IMG/VR virus record: IMGVR_UViG_3300046779_001651
Span: 1-27,317 of that record
Strand: one strand, 5' to 3'
DNA from: a virus
Taxonomy: Duplodnaviria; Caudoviricetes
DNA: 27,317 nt
The translations under genes were made by a program, and so were the position numbers. Under the pieces are notes generated by a model that was not told the origin of the DNA, did not search any database, and saw nothing but the letters and a program-made list of their open reading frames with translations. Of this stretch, positions 7,201-17,800 are shown piece after piece. The first letter of the stretch is position 1, and each line of letters starts with the position of its first letter.

Positions 7201-9240
7201 TTAGTACTCGATAGCAGCAGCTGTAGCGCCACCAGTTGTGTCACGGAGTGCAGCAGCAACACCGTTAACGTTGATGGTTGATGTGACCTTGAGAGACTCA
7301 ATGCCAACCTTTGCTACACCTTCGAAGGTCTCAACGAACATCTTGTAGTCGTTGGTTCCAACTAGTGTGCTGTCGCGGATAACACCTAGGTCTAGAGTTC
7401 CGCCGTCAAGGAACAAGAATGTTCCCTCAGCGAAGATGTACCAGACGAATGTGTCACCGAACTCGTTCATCGCGCCAGAACCCTGTGCGTCGTCGAATGA
7501 GTCGATGTGCCATGTTACGTTGATTCCGCGGCTAGCGATGTAGCCCTCGATCTCAGCGTAAGCATTCATGGTGTTGTCGCCAGGAGCTGCTAGAGTTAGG
7601 TCAGCTGCCATTGCGTCCTTGACCCATGCAGGTGCAATTACGCGTAGTGGAGCGTCTGCCTCTAGGCGGTGACGGCCACGGTAGTTTGCAGCAGCGCGAC
7701 CTAGCTGAACTAGGAAGTCGCGGCCCATACCGATAAGGCTTGTTGATGTCACAGCTGTTGAAAGCGCTGTTAGGCGAGTAAGGATCTGACCTTCAGCCTC
7801 ACGTGCGTGCTGTACCAAACCAAGCTCGTTGTGGCGAGCGATTAGTTCTGGGTAAGCGCGTGACATAAGGTTACCGAACTGCATCTGTAGAGTTACAGCG
7901 TCTGTTGCTACTGTTGTCTCTGAAGCTGCTGATACGGTCAGGCTAGACTTTGAAGATGGGCTTGGTGTCTCAGCAGAGTCGTTCGCTGCTGTCCAAACGC
8001 CAACTGCGTCGCCGTAGCTTGAAAGTGCAGGTGGGGTAATGAAACGGATACCACCACGATCAGCCTGGAAGCGAGGAAGTGAGTCGCGGATTGGGCGAGC
8101 TGTTGTTCCTAGTCCGAAGATGTCGTACTTGGTAGCGAATGGAGCCTGGTGGCCACCAGCAGCAACAAGTGCCTCTGGGCCGACTACATTCTGGATTTTT
8201 GCCCAGTTAGATTCAGCATCTGTTGTAAGGATGCGCTCCTCTGGGAACTGTGTTGAGATGCTAGCAACGATGTGCTGCTCTCCGTCTCCACCGTTTACAC
8301 GGCGTAGACCGTGAAGGCGCTTCTCCATAAGAGATGCAACTTCCTTCATGTCTGTTACTGGGCTGCCTGCTGTGTAGCCAGGGATGTCAGCGCCCGCAGT
8401 GATTGCCACTGTAGCAACTGGTGCCTGAGCTACCGGGCGACGGTCAGCCGGGGCTTCGAAAGCCTCTTCTGGTGATGCGGCGGCGGTCACTGGTGCCTCC
8501 TGCTCCTTCTGCTCTGGTAGAGCTGTTGTTTCTTGATTTGTTGTTGATGCTTCTGCGTCGGTGTCAACCTCGGCAGCTGCGTCAGCATCAGCGGCAGCGT
8601 CAGCTTCAGCTTCAACAGCTTCTGCCTCTGCGACCTCAGCCTCTACGGCTTCAGCCTCTGCTGGTGCCTCTTCCTCAGCAGCTGCAACTACAGGTGCTTC
8701 TTCAGCAACTGCTTCTACAACTGGTGATTCTGCAGGCTCTTCAGCTGAAAATTCTGCGGGTGCAGCCTCTTCAGGTGTTGATGTTTCTTTTGATTCAATA
8801 GAGAGTTCTTCGTTTGTTGTGAACTCAGATTCCTCATTCGCAGTTGCGGATGCTTCTGCCATTGGCTTTTTCTCCTCTTCTTCTTCTTCAGGGGTTGGAA
8901 CCACTGGAGCTTCTTCTTCCGAAGGCTCTTCGGTTTCTTCCTCTTCAGCAGGAACAGGCTCGCCTTCTGGCATTTCCTCCTCTGCTTCAACGCCCTTTAC
9001 GCGCATCGCGGCTTCAGCAGCACGTGTTGCAAGCTCTTCAGCCTGCGCCTCACGGCGGCTTACTTCACCACGAACGGTATCTAGCATGTCAGCAAGAGTC
9101 GTCATAGCATCTACTGTCTGCGGAGTAGGATCTTCTTTCTCAACCGACTCGAACTCAGCCACGATCTCACCTTGCAGTTGCGCGATGGCTTCATCGCCCA
9201 GCTCTGCAAGCTGGTCTAGCTGTTCTTTGATTCGATCCAC
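7201..9240 (-). CDS. Major capsid (hexamer-type) protein with N-terminal scaffold region
   Basis: Helical N-terminus, long acidic Glu/Ala/Pro linker, then ALVAAGG, LP.F.A.RGG, FGN..SRAYPE and LDLGVIRDSTL..TNDY..F.E.FE motifs; GGAGG RBS, GTG start. Confidence 0.9.
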   Translation of the reverse strand: MDRIKEQLDQLAELGDEAIAQLQGEIVAEFESVEKEDPTPQTVDAMTTLADMLDTVRGEVSRREAQAEELATRAAEAAMRVKGVEAEEEMPEGEPVPAEEEETEEPSEEEAPVVPTPEEEEEEKKPMAEASATANEESEFTTNEELSIESKETSTPEEAAPAEFSAEEPAESPVVEAVAEEAPVVAAAEEEAPAEAEAVEAEVAEAEAVEAEADAAADADAAAEVDTDAEASTTNQETTALPEQKEQEAPVTAAASPEEAFEAPADRRPVAQAPVATVAITAGADIPGYTAGSPVTDMKEVASLMEKRLHGLRRVNGGDGEQHIVASISTQFPEERILTTDAESNWAKIQNVVGPEALVAAGGHQAPFATKYDIFGLGTTARPIRDSLPRFQADRGGIRFITPPALSSYGDAVGVWTAANDSAETPSPSSKSSLTVSAASETTVATDAVTLQMQFGNLMSRAYPELIARHNELGLVQHAREAEGQILTRLTALSTAVTSTSLIGMGRDFLVQLGRAAANYRGRHRLEADAPLRVIAPAWVKDAMAADLTLAAPGDNTMNAYAEIEGYIASRGINVTWHIDSFDDAQGSGAMNEFGDTFVWYIFAEGTFLFLDGGTLDLGVIRDSTLVGTNDYKMFVETFEGVAKVGIESLKVTSTINVNGVAAALRDTTGGATAAAIEY

Positions 9241-9360
9241 TGCTGTCCCTCCTCCGGGCCAGTCATGATGAACGAGTTGTTCATTCGCTAATCAGTCCAA
9301 GGCCGAGGGACTCCGCTTGAAAACAAGCGTGGAGGCACTCCACCCAGAATGAATAATACA
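9241..9360 (-). promoter_or_regulatory. Putative late promoter (-10 TATTAT) and structured 5' leader of the major capsid gene
   Basis: TATTAT at 9358-9353; several hairpins; GUCCCUC in the leader is complementary to GAGGGAC beside the start codon. Confidence 0.55.
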
Positions 9361-9367
9361 TTAGTTT

Positions 9368-12300
9368 TTAGGTTAATAACCGGAGAAGTTTACTCAATTC
9401 GGAGCTAACTTGGCTCTGATTAAGGTAATCTCCACCGGCCATGAATTTGCGGATGTTCTCTGTGGCAACGTCCGCCTCGTCCTTACCGATCTTCTCTTCA
9501 ACGCGAGAGATCATGTCATCGACAAGATCTTTAAGCGCTGGAGGTAGGTCGCTAAAGCGAACCTTCTCGGCGTCAGCTCCGAAGGGAAGAGGTAAGTTGG
9601 CGATTGTCTCGCCGAGCTGCCTCGCTGACTCACGGACGTTTACCAGTGCGTCTGGGTTTAGCGCCCTTGAGTCAATTCTGTCTACGATTCCGATTAGATC
9701 GGTGGCTGAACGTGCAGCCTCAATGTAGTTACCCGCGTCGTCTAGGTTCTCAGTGTCCTCGATCTTCTTGACCACATCGTTCAAGCCAGAGTCACCAAGA
9801 TCCTGCTTTAGACGGGCTAGTACCTGACGGAACTTGCCTTTTGCGTCGCGCGGTTGAGTCTTACCAGAGATGTATTTAGCCTCTGGTTCCGCAAACTCAA
9901 CCGCTGATACTTTTCCCAGGCCTTCAGCCTCCTCAGCTGTAGGTGCTGGTGCATCAGTTGTAAACGTTGCGATCTTCTCTCGAATCGTGCTTAGCTGCGC
10001 GCTGATTTCATCAGACGCCGCTGTCTTCCACTGATCAGGGATAAGCTCAGGTTTACCAAGTTGGCGAGCACGCTTCATGATGTGACGGCGGATTGCCGCA
10101 CGCTTGCTCTTCTTGCCTCGTCCGTAGGCCTGGATTGAGTCCTTTAGAGAATCTAAGTTTGTGATTGGGAAGCTACCGTCTGGAAGTGCCTTACCTTCCT
10201 TTGCTAGCTTCTGGCGAGTCTCGCGTGATACGTAACCAAAGCCATCTTCATACTCGACGTCAGCGAATACTCGATTTGAAAGTTCAGCCGCACGTGCCTG
10301 TAGTTCAGCGCGACGCTCAGCGCGGACGCCTTCAAAACGTGCGCGTGCTGCGTCAGCCTTTACAGAAAGTGCCTGATCTTCCAACTGCTCCAGTTTTTGT
10401 ACACGAGCGGTAAGTTCTGCCACTGGATCACTCTTCATGCGAGCAAGGGTGTTTGCGCCAGCGGCAACAAGTGCCATAACCTGACCAGACGCAACGCGTG
10501 CTCGGGCAATCGGGAATCCAGGTACGTTCACCTGGCAAACCGCAACCAGCTCCAAGCTGCCCTTGATTGGGCGCCAGTCGCCGGAAGGGGCAGATGCGCG
10601 CAGAGCGCGGACCTGCTCCGGTGTGGTGCCAGGGCGTAGTGCGCCCGCAACCCAGATGCCATAAGCATCTTCACCGGCGTGGACATCAGCGATAGCCGAG
10701 GCGGTGTCGTCATAGTGACGTGCGGCTTCAACCGCAGATGCCTCAAGGCTCGCATGTCCACCTGCGAGGGTAAGTTGACCGACTGGAATATCCGTGCTGT
10801 CGTCAGTGCGGATTACGCCAGTGTGGAAATACGCGTACTTGCTCTTTGAGCGAGGTGGCTTTGTTCCATATGACATGCCAATGTGATCTACATGCCATGC
10901 AGCAATGTGACCAAATACTTGACCGTCATCTGTAACGGTAAGTGGTGTTGCCTTCTTTAACTCTGGGTTGTCAAACCAACCACGTGGTGGAACGACAGGA
11001 ATTGCGCCAGCGACAAAACCGCAAGCAACAAGTGCCGCAGCCTCCACCGGGTCCACATCTTCCACATAGACTCCGTCTGGAATCACGCTATCCTCCTGCT
11101 CTTGGGTTTCTTCATTATCTTCGACAATAAAGATGCTGCATTCTTGGAACGCAGGCTTAGGTACAATAGTAACTCCCATTACTCGAGCCTGAGTAATGTT
11201 CAGTTTACCATTTACCACCTTTTCATTGTCGTCCTTTGCGGCCTCTTCTTCCTCGGCCTCAAACTTGTCCATATCAGCGGAAACACCGCGGATAAATCCA
11301 TTACGTACTAGACGCTCTGCCTCCTGGCCATAAGCACCCTTGTCAAAGACGCCTGTTGCGTTTCCAATGCCGTCCTCAGTACGCTCCATGTGGTCGATAC
11401 GACCTACAACTACTGAGCCTGAGTGACCGTCGCCAGTCTTGATCTGCCACATCAAAGGAAGTGGTAGCTCACGGATGTCGATAACGCCACGCTCAAAGAT
11501 GCGTCCGTCGCCAGATTCAATGCCTTCAGGAATAACCAATGGAATACGGAACTTAGCGCCGCATTCTTCGGTGGCTCCAGCTGTCATGCCCATACGTGCA
11601 CGTGCGTCATTTGCACGGGCAATCATTACTGCATGCTCAATTACATTTTCCATAGGTGCAATCATGTCTGAGCTAAATGAGTTACGTCCACCCTTACGTC
11701 CGTAAAGCTGACGGTGCATCTTGTCTCCTGTCCAGAGACCAGTTGCCTCCTTGTGACGTAGCGCACAGTATCCCTTTGAACGTGGACCCATGTACTTAGA
11801 TAGGTAGCGAACACAACGTGTCCAGTCACCGTTGGTGTTCCAGCGGATCTTTGCCGCGCCCTTGCCGTATAGCCAGTAGCGACGAAGTTTTTCAGCCTGA
11901 CCGCGATTACGGTCTAGTCCACCAGCAGCGAACAGGCCGTCAAGTTCGTCCTCGTTCTCGTCTGAAGCCTCAAGGTCATCGCCATCAAGAAGCTGCTCAA
12001 TAAGCATACGCTTGCGAGCCTCTGGCTCGATGATTGAAGCCTTTGGTCCCCAAAGAACCATAAGCATCTGGTCCATTGAAAGTTCGACTGATGCAAGAAC
12101 TGGTGCCTCATCAGACTTTGTCTCCGTGGCAGGTGCCTGCTCATCAGCGATTGGCGCTGTTCCATCGACCTGCTCTAGAACGTTTGCGTATGTCTCGCCG
12201 TCAAGTGGAACTACAGGCGGAGGAGTCGCTGAGTTTAGATCAGCAAGGATACCTTCGTCCTTTACCCACTTGCCTTCAACACGCTTGAATGTCATTGGCG

Positions 12301-14188
12301 CATTTAGCTTTGTTCCAGCAGGAACAAGAGACACTAGATCAAGTACCGCGCGTGGATCATCTGGAGAGACGATTGCCATGAACAATGGAACGACGTCACT
12401 TGTGTCCGGAGTAATCTCCTTATTGTCGGTCGCAGCGGCTGTGATCTCCTTGAGAACACTTGTCACTGGCTGATACCAAAGGCGATTTGGATATGTGGTT
12501 TTTCCGTCCTTGCCAACGACCTTCTTGTTTAAGAAGCCCTTTAGGTCTGGATCAGTGTATGCGTCAAGCGTAAGTTTTGCACCAATGCTCTTTAGGAACG
12601 CGCGTGTGGTTTCTGAGATCTGCGCCTGACGTGTCTTGAATGGTGTTGCCTCATCACCAACTGGACGTGTAGGCGTGGCTGTCGTTGAAGCCGCAGGAGT
12701 TCCAAGTGGAATGTAGTTATCACGCTGGTTCTTTACCCAGGCTGGCCAGTTGTATAGAACTGACTGCAGGTCATTTGCTGTAAGCGCTGGAAGTGTTCCA
12801 GGAATCTGAGCGTTTGGACGGTCAATTGGCACGCGAGGTTGTCCAAGGATACCTGTTGTATCTAGTGGTGGAACGTCCGCTGTGTCATACACAAGCTCTG
12901 GGATGTAGTTGCTTGCCTTCTCAGTGGTGTTACCTGCAACCTCAACGGTGTTTCCATTGTCAAGTAGAACTGAAACCGTTTGCGTGTCTGGGTTAATCGC
13001 GCGAATGTAGCCGATACCAGCAGATGATGTGTCACCATTGATAACAACGCGTGAACCTTGTGCGGCAAAGCGACCATTAGCGTCACGTACCTGACGGGCT
13101 GCGTTTTCCGCGCGCTCCTCGGGAGTGTACCCATCAGTTGGTGTCGTTGCATCGGCAAACTCAGCTGACGCGGTCATCGCGTAATCAACCATGTTCCAGT
13201 CAACCTCGGAGATTGCATTGGCAACAAGCTCGGCTTCATCTTGGTCGATGTCAGAGATAGACACGCGGTCAAAAGGTGTCTGTTGTAGACGGGCAGAGAT
13301 GATAATCGCTGACGCAGGGTCAATGATTATGTGATCTTTTTGGGTTGTGTCGTATGGGTCATCTAGTGCACGGTCATACGCATAGATGTCACCATCGACG
13401 TGTCCCATGTCGTCCCAGCCTTGTCCATCCCATAGATAGACCATGCCGTCAAAGTCAACCTTGTATAGACGGTCAATACCTGAACCATCAAGGCGTACAC
13501 GACAGATAAACTCTGGACCTTGATTCTCATCAAGTTCAAACGCAAGCTTGAATGCGTCTAGATCCGCGCCATCACGTGGAGAAGTTTCATAGTCTCCGTA
13601 GTTAGCCTCATATCCATACGCGGCGTATCCATCAGCTGTTAGTGACTTCTTGTTCTCGCGCTCAACGATTGCCTGTGCCCAACGCCATCCAGCGTCGCCA
13701 CCCCAAAGCGCCCAGGCGATACGACCATTTGATGGGAAGTTATCCTCACCTGGTTCCCAGCCTTTGCCCTTCTTGTCAACCTCGTGACGAGGGAAATACT
13801 TTGCGATGTGACGAACCTTTTGTAGACCAATCTGTCCACCAGCTGCAAGTGTGCGAGCGGTGTTTAGACCTACAGGTGTTCCACCGCGCTTTTCCTCCTT
13901 GCGCCATTCCAAAGCCTTCTTGGCTTCGTTCTGTACGCCCTTAGGAATCGTGTATAGACGACCAGCGGATGCAACGATCTTGATGTCTAGACTTGTTAAG
14001 GCTCCGTGCGCTAGGTCAGTAACTGACGCGGCAAGCTCTTCCTTGCACTCAAGCCAACGGCGTGATGCCAGAAGCGTTGTTGCGTCACCTGTCTCAACGA
14101 TTAGGTTTACATCCTTGTCAATGACCACACCGTTGGTGTCGTCAGCAAAAAGAACGAGTGACTCATGGACGCCGTAAACGTTCATCAT
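9368..14188 (-). CDS. Capsid maturation protease polyprotein (1606 aa)
   Basis: Protease-like block (PEG..SGDGR.F, PLPL.WQ, H.G.VVVGRID, RGVS.D.D, T.V..PAF), a second block (GHIAAW, SGDWR, VNVPGFP) and several small head-associated modules; directly upstream of the capsid gene. Confidence 0.82.
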   Translation of the reverse strand: MMNVYGVHESLVLFADDTNGVVIDKDVNLIVETGDATTLLASRRWLECKEELAASVTDLAHGALTSLDIKIVASAGRLYTIPKGVQNEAKKALEWRKEEKRGGTPVGLNTARTLAAGGQIGLQKVRHIAKYFPRHEVDKKGKGWEPGEDNFPSNGRIAWALWGGDAGWRWAQAIVERENKKSLTADGYAAYGYEANYGDYETSPRDGADLDAFKLAFELDENQGPEFICRVRLDGSGIDRLYKVDFDGMVYLWDGQGWDDMGHVDGDIYAYDRALDDPYDTTQKDHIIIDPASAIIISARLQQTPFDRVSISDIDQDEAELVANAISEVDWNMVDYAMTASAEFADATTPTDGYTPEERAENAARQVRDANGRFAAQGSRVVINGDTSSAGIGYIRAINPDTQTVSVLLDNGNTVEVAGNTTEKASNYIPELVYDTADVPPLDTTGILGQPRVPIDRPNAQIPGTLPALTANDLQSVLYNWPAWVKNQRDNYIPLGTPAASTTATPTRPVGDEATPFKTRQAQISETTRAFLKSIGAKLTLDAYTDPDLKGFLNKKVVGKDGKTTYPNRLWYQPVTSVLKEITAAATDNKEITPDTSDVVPLFMAIVSPDDPRAVLDLVSLVPAGTKLNAPMTFKRVEGKWVKDEGILADLNSATPPPVVPLDGETYANVLEQVDGTAPIADEQAPATETKSDEAPVLASVELSMDQMLMVLWGPKASIIEPEARKRMLIEQLLDGDDLEASDENEDELDGLFAAGGLDRNRGQAEKLRRYWLYGKGAAKIRWNTNGDWTRCVRYLSKYMGPRSKGYCALRHKEATGLWTGDKMHRQLYGRKGGRNSFSSDMIAPMENVIEHAVMIARANDARARMGMTAGATEECGAKFRIPLVIPEGIESGDGRIFERGVIDIRELPLPLMWQIKTGDGHSGSVVVGRIDHMERTEDGIGNATGVFDKGAYGQEAERLVRNGFIRGVSADMDKFEAEEEEAAKDDNEKVVNGKLNITQARVMGVTIVPKPAFQECSIFIVEDNEETQEQEDSVIPDGVYVEDVDPVEAAALVACGFVAGAIPVVPPRGWFDNPELKKATPLTVTDDGQVFGHIAAWHVDHIGMSYGTKPPRSKSKYAYFHTGVIRTDDSTDIPVGQLTLAGGHASLEASAVEAARHYDDTASAIADVHAGEDAYGIWVAGALRPGTTPEQVRALRASAPSGDWRPIKGSLELVAVCQVNVPGFPIARARVASGQVMALVAAGANTLARMKSDPVAELTARVQKLEQLEDQALSVKADAARARFEGVRAERRAELQARAAELSNRVFADVEYEDGFGYVSRETRQKLAKEGKALPDGSFPITNLDSLKDSIQAYGRGKKSKRAAIRRHIMKRARQLGKPELIPDQWKTAASDEISAQLSTIREKIATFTTDAPAPTAEEAEGLGKVSAVEFAEPEAKYISGKTQPRDAKGKFRQVLARLKQDLGDSGLNDVVKKIEDTENLDDAGNYIEAARSATDLIGIVDRIDSRALNPDALVNVRESARQLGETIANLPLPFGADAEKVRFSDLPPALKDLVDDMISRVEEKIGKDEADVATENIRKFMAGGDYLNQSQVSSELSKLLRLLT

Positions 14189-14877
14189 TATGCCTCCACA
14201 GCTTCCTCGGCTAGTGCGCCGCGAAACTCAACCTCGTATTTCTTAACATCGTCAGATAGCAACATGTCATCATTGCCCTGTGCCATGTCATAGATCTTGA
14301 TAAACTTTGGATCTACCTCTAAGACAACAAGATCATCAAGTGATTCGTCGTCCTTAGGTAGCTTAAACCATGCGCCGTTGTCACGGATGTAGAGACCAGA
14401 GGCTGTCGAGTAGACGAGGTTCTTTACCTCATTGGTGTCTTCGTCTACCGCTGCGTATAGATTTTCATCAGCCGCTGGAGCGTCAGGCGAAAATGCGTTC
14501 TGTACCTCTGTCATGTAAAGCTCCTCTAGTGCCTCGGCTGGAACATTTGAGGCAAGTTGCGATGCCCAAACTCCGTCAGAGTCGTTGAATGCTCGTATTG
14601 TATAAATCCTACCGTAACTCGAGAATGTTATCTTACCCTCGGTCTCATCTACGACCAGTTCATCCTCACCTTCGAGAGGGTACATCTTGCTTCCAGACGC
14701 GTTTCCGATTGCGACATGTGGCACACCGTCAAGTTTCTCTAGGTAGACGCCATAGGTCGCCATGTAGATCGGAGAGTTGTCGTCAGGGTCAACGGTTTCG
14801 ACTACCGCAGGTGCTGCGATGTAGCCGTCTGAGTCACGCATCTCAGGTTCAGTAAAAACTAGCTTACGTTCGTCCAT
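14188..14877 (-). CDS. Acidic hypothetical protein of the head module
   Basis: 229 aa, AGGAG RBS, TAATG coupling to the next gene. Confidence 0.75.
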   Translation of the reverse strand: MDERKLVFTEPEMRDSDGYIAAPAVVETVDPDDNSPIYMATYGVYLEKLDGVPHVAIGNASGSKMYPLEGEDELVVDETEGKITFSSYGRIYTIRAFNDSDGVWASQLASNVPAEALEELYMTEVQNAFSPDAPAADENLYAAVDEDTNEVKNLVYSTASGLYIRDNGAWFKLPKDDESLDDLVVLEVDPKFIKIYDMAQGNDDMLLSDDVKKYEVEFRGALAEEAVEA

Positions 14878-14887
14878 GTGTATTCTC

Positions 14888-17800
14888 CTAAACCGATACG
14901 TTCGAGCCGATAAGAATCATTGCCTCGAGTGGACGACCACCGATCTCGGTGATTCCCTTCTGGCGAAGCTTCTGGATAACAGCGGTACGCGTTGCCTGGT
15001 TGTTCACGATGATACTATCAAGGTCATCGAATGAAACGCGGTGTTTGAACATAAGTTCGTAGGCACCAACCTTGGCGGCGTTGATAACATCCTGGTTTGA
15101 CACGCGCTTACCGAATGAGTCATATGAGTTGGCGTAGAAGTCTAGACGCTGGTAGAGCTTGACTGGGTCAAAGTACATGACCATGCCGCTTACGCCGTAG
15201 GTCTTTCCGTCAGCAACCTTTACGGGCTTTGTAAATACATAGTCAGCTCCGCCAGTGCCGACGTCAGCTGCGCTGGACATGCCCGATGTTCCAATACCTT
15301 CAGTCCAACGTGTGGTTGTAGACAGCAGGCCTTCCTGTGGAGTTGCAAGTAGATTTGTTATCCAATCGGTGCGACTTTCAAACTCGTCACTCTTACCGTA
15401 GAAGCCAGGGACTGAGATGTTGTGCTGGATTGCCGTTGGGCTTCCTGTAGCCTCGACAATCTTCTTTGCACCTTCCTCAGACAGGCGTGTTTCGATACGA
15501 CCAGACGCACCAGTTGAAACGACGACGTCATCGGCTGTAATTCCATACTTGTCCTTGATGCGCTGCAAGCTTGCCTCGCGATCAGCACCCTTTGGGTTCT
15601 TGGTTGCGTCGACCTTGCCGTCAAAGATACTCATCAGGCGGTTCTCAACTAAGATACGGGCATCAGCCTGTGTCGCAGGGCGAACGTCTGAAACACCGGC
15701 GACCTTTAACGCCTCGGTGATCTGTTCGTTCGTTGCGTCTGCAGGCGCCTGGATCTGAACGAGGTTGTGGAACGCGGTAGGTCGTCCGTACTTGCTTGTA
15801 GAAAGTTTTGCCGTTGCGTCATAGTTAGCACGGTTGAACTTGATGACGATTCCGTCCTTGGTTGTGATTGTCCAGGTTAGACCCTCGCCGTGGTACGCGT
15901 TCTTGTCCTTAGAGATCTTTCCTGTGCCATCAGGTCCGATGTCGATACGGTCAATGGATAGGCTGTCCTTCTTGATTCCGTTTGCCTCGTATTGATCCTG
16001 TGGAATGTTTAGAAGTTCCTTGGCCTTCTCATTTCCGGCCCATGAAGTTAACTTAAACTTTAGGCGGATGCCATCGTTTCCTTCAGCGTCTTGTACGCGC
16101 ATGATGCGAACGTCAAGATCCTCGATTGAGTCTGAGTCAATCGCCGCAGACGCACCCTTCATACCAGCAGACGTGATGTCTGGGTTTTGAACAAGCGCGA
16201 TTGCGTCAGATAGTGAAGGTACATCTGGGAAGTCACTGCTGTCCCATTCGGCAGGGTTCTCAACGAACACCGCTGACACACCAGCGGGCGTGATCTTGCC
16301 CTTTGGTGCCTTCTTTGTTGTCGGCTTCTTATAGGTGTTGTTGAACTCGCCTGTTGTCGATACCGATCCAACTGAGCGCCAGCCCTTTGTACCATCATCA
16401 AATTCTACGTAGACGTAGTCGTCCTTGTTTGGACCCTTGACGATTGTTCCGGTCTTGCCCTTCTTGTCGGTAACCTTTGCACCAGGTGCGATTGCAGGTT
16501 CCTCGATGGTTTCAGGAGCTTCAGGCTCTGCGTCAGGCACGTCAGTGATCTGTTCCTCGGTCGTTGCAGGATCTACACTTGATTCAGGCGCAGGTGCAAG
16601 CTCGTCGTCAGTTAGATCTGGACCGAGTACCTCGGTAATCGCGTCAATGACGTCTGCATCATCAGCTGATGACCACTTTTCAATTAGACCGTTTTCCTCG
16701 ATTAGGTCACGGATCTTAATTGCCTGCTCATCCGTAATTTCATTGCCCTTTTGAGCCATCAGGTCCTTGATCCACTGCGCGTGAAGCTGAAGTGGCTTCT
16801 CTGCGGCAGGAGCCTCTGGTTTCTGAGCACTTACGGACTCTTCACCCTCAGGGATTGCCTGCATGTTTTGAACGGTAAAGTTCTTTACCTTGTTCTCATC
16901 GCCAAGGTCAACCGCATAGACGTTAATCTTGCCATTCTTAGGGTTTTGCCACACGCTTTGTGGCTTTACATTGCGAAGCTTGCCGTTGTAGTAGAACGAG
17001 ATCTCCTTGCCATCGGCAATTGCCTGCTCAATCTGGCTAACCGCGTCCTCGACTGACTTACTGGTGTCAATGACGACAGGCCCTTCAGGAGCGTTAGAAG
17101 CCTCAGGAGCGGCTTCTGGCTCGGGTTCAGGTATAACCTCAGGTTGAACTTCTGGAGTCGTCTCGGGTGCGCTAGGCGCCTCTGGTGTAGGCTCCTCTGG
17201 GCTACCACCGCCGCCACCATTGACTGATTCAAGTTGCTTGGTTGACTTATTCTTGATGGTGCCGTCATCACCTTGCACGTAGACGTAGTTTGAGTTGCCC
17301 TTGTCGTACTTGACGACAGTTCCGACCTCGCCGGTCTTCTTGTGGCGAACCTTCATTCCTGGTTCGATAGGTACACCGTCGCTTGTGACATATGGGTTGC
17401 CTGGAGCGTCAGATGGAACCTCTGGAGCTGGAGGAGTTGGCTGCTCTGGCTCAGGAGTCTGCGTTTCCTCGTCCTCGACCTTTACGTTCTCAACGATAAG
17501 TGATGTGTCCTCACCAAGAAGGTCATATTTCTCAAGGATGAAGTTACGACGTGCCTTTAGCGTGTCCTTGAGCTGGGTCGCTGACTCCTCGTCGGCAACA
17601 AGCGAATCAACTAGGTTGTCGATGTCATCGTGACTGATGTCCAAAAGCTTAGAGGCAGAGTTCTTGATGTCCTCGTCGGTCATGTCACCGAACAGTGCAG
17701 CGCTAGCTGCATTCTTCTTAGGGTCGCGTAGCGTTTCAAGCTCGGTAACCTCGCCACCAAATGCTGAACCCTTAGGTGCACCCATGGCGCGGTACAGCAG

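Noticed and set aside
8560-8950. Repetitive gcttc/cagc-rich DNA resembling a tandem array
   Set aside because: Encodes the Glu/Ala-rich scaffold linker; no fixed repeat-spacer period, so not CRISPR.
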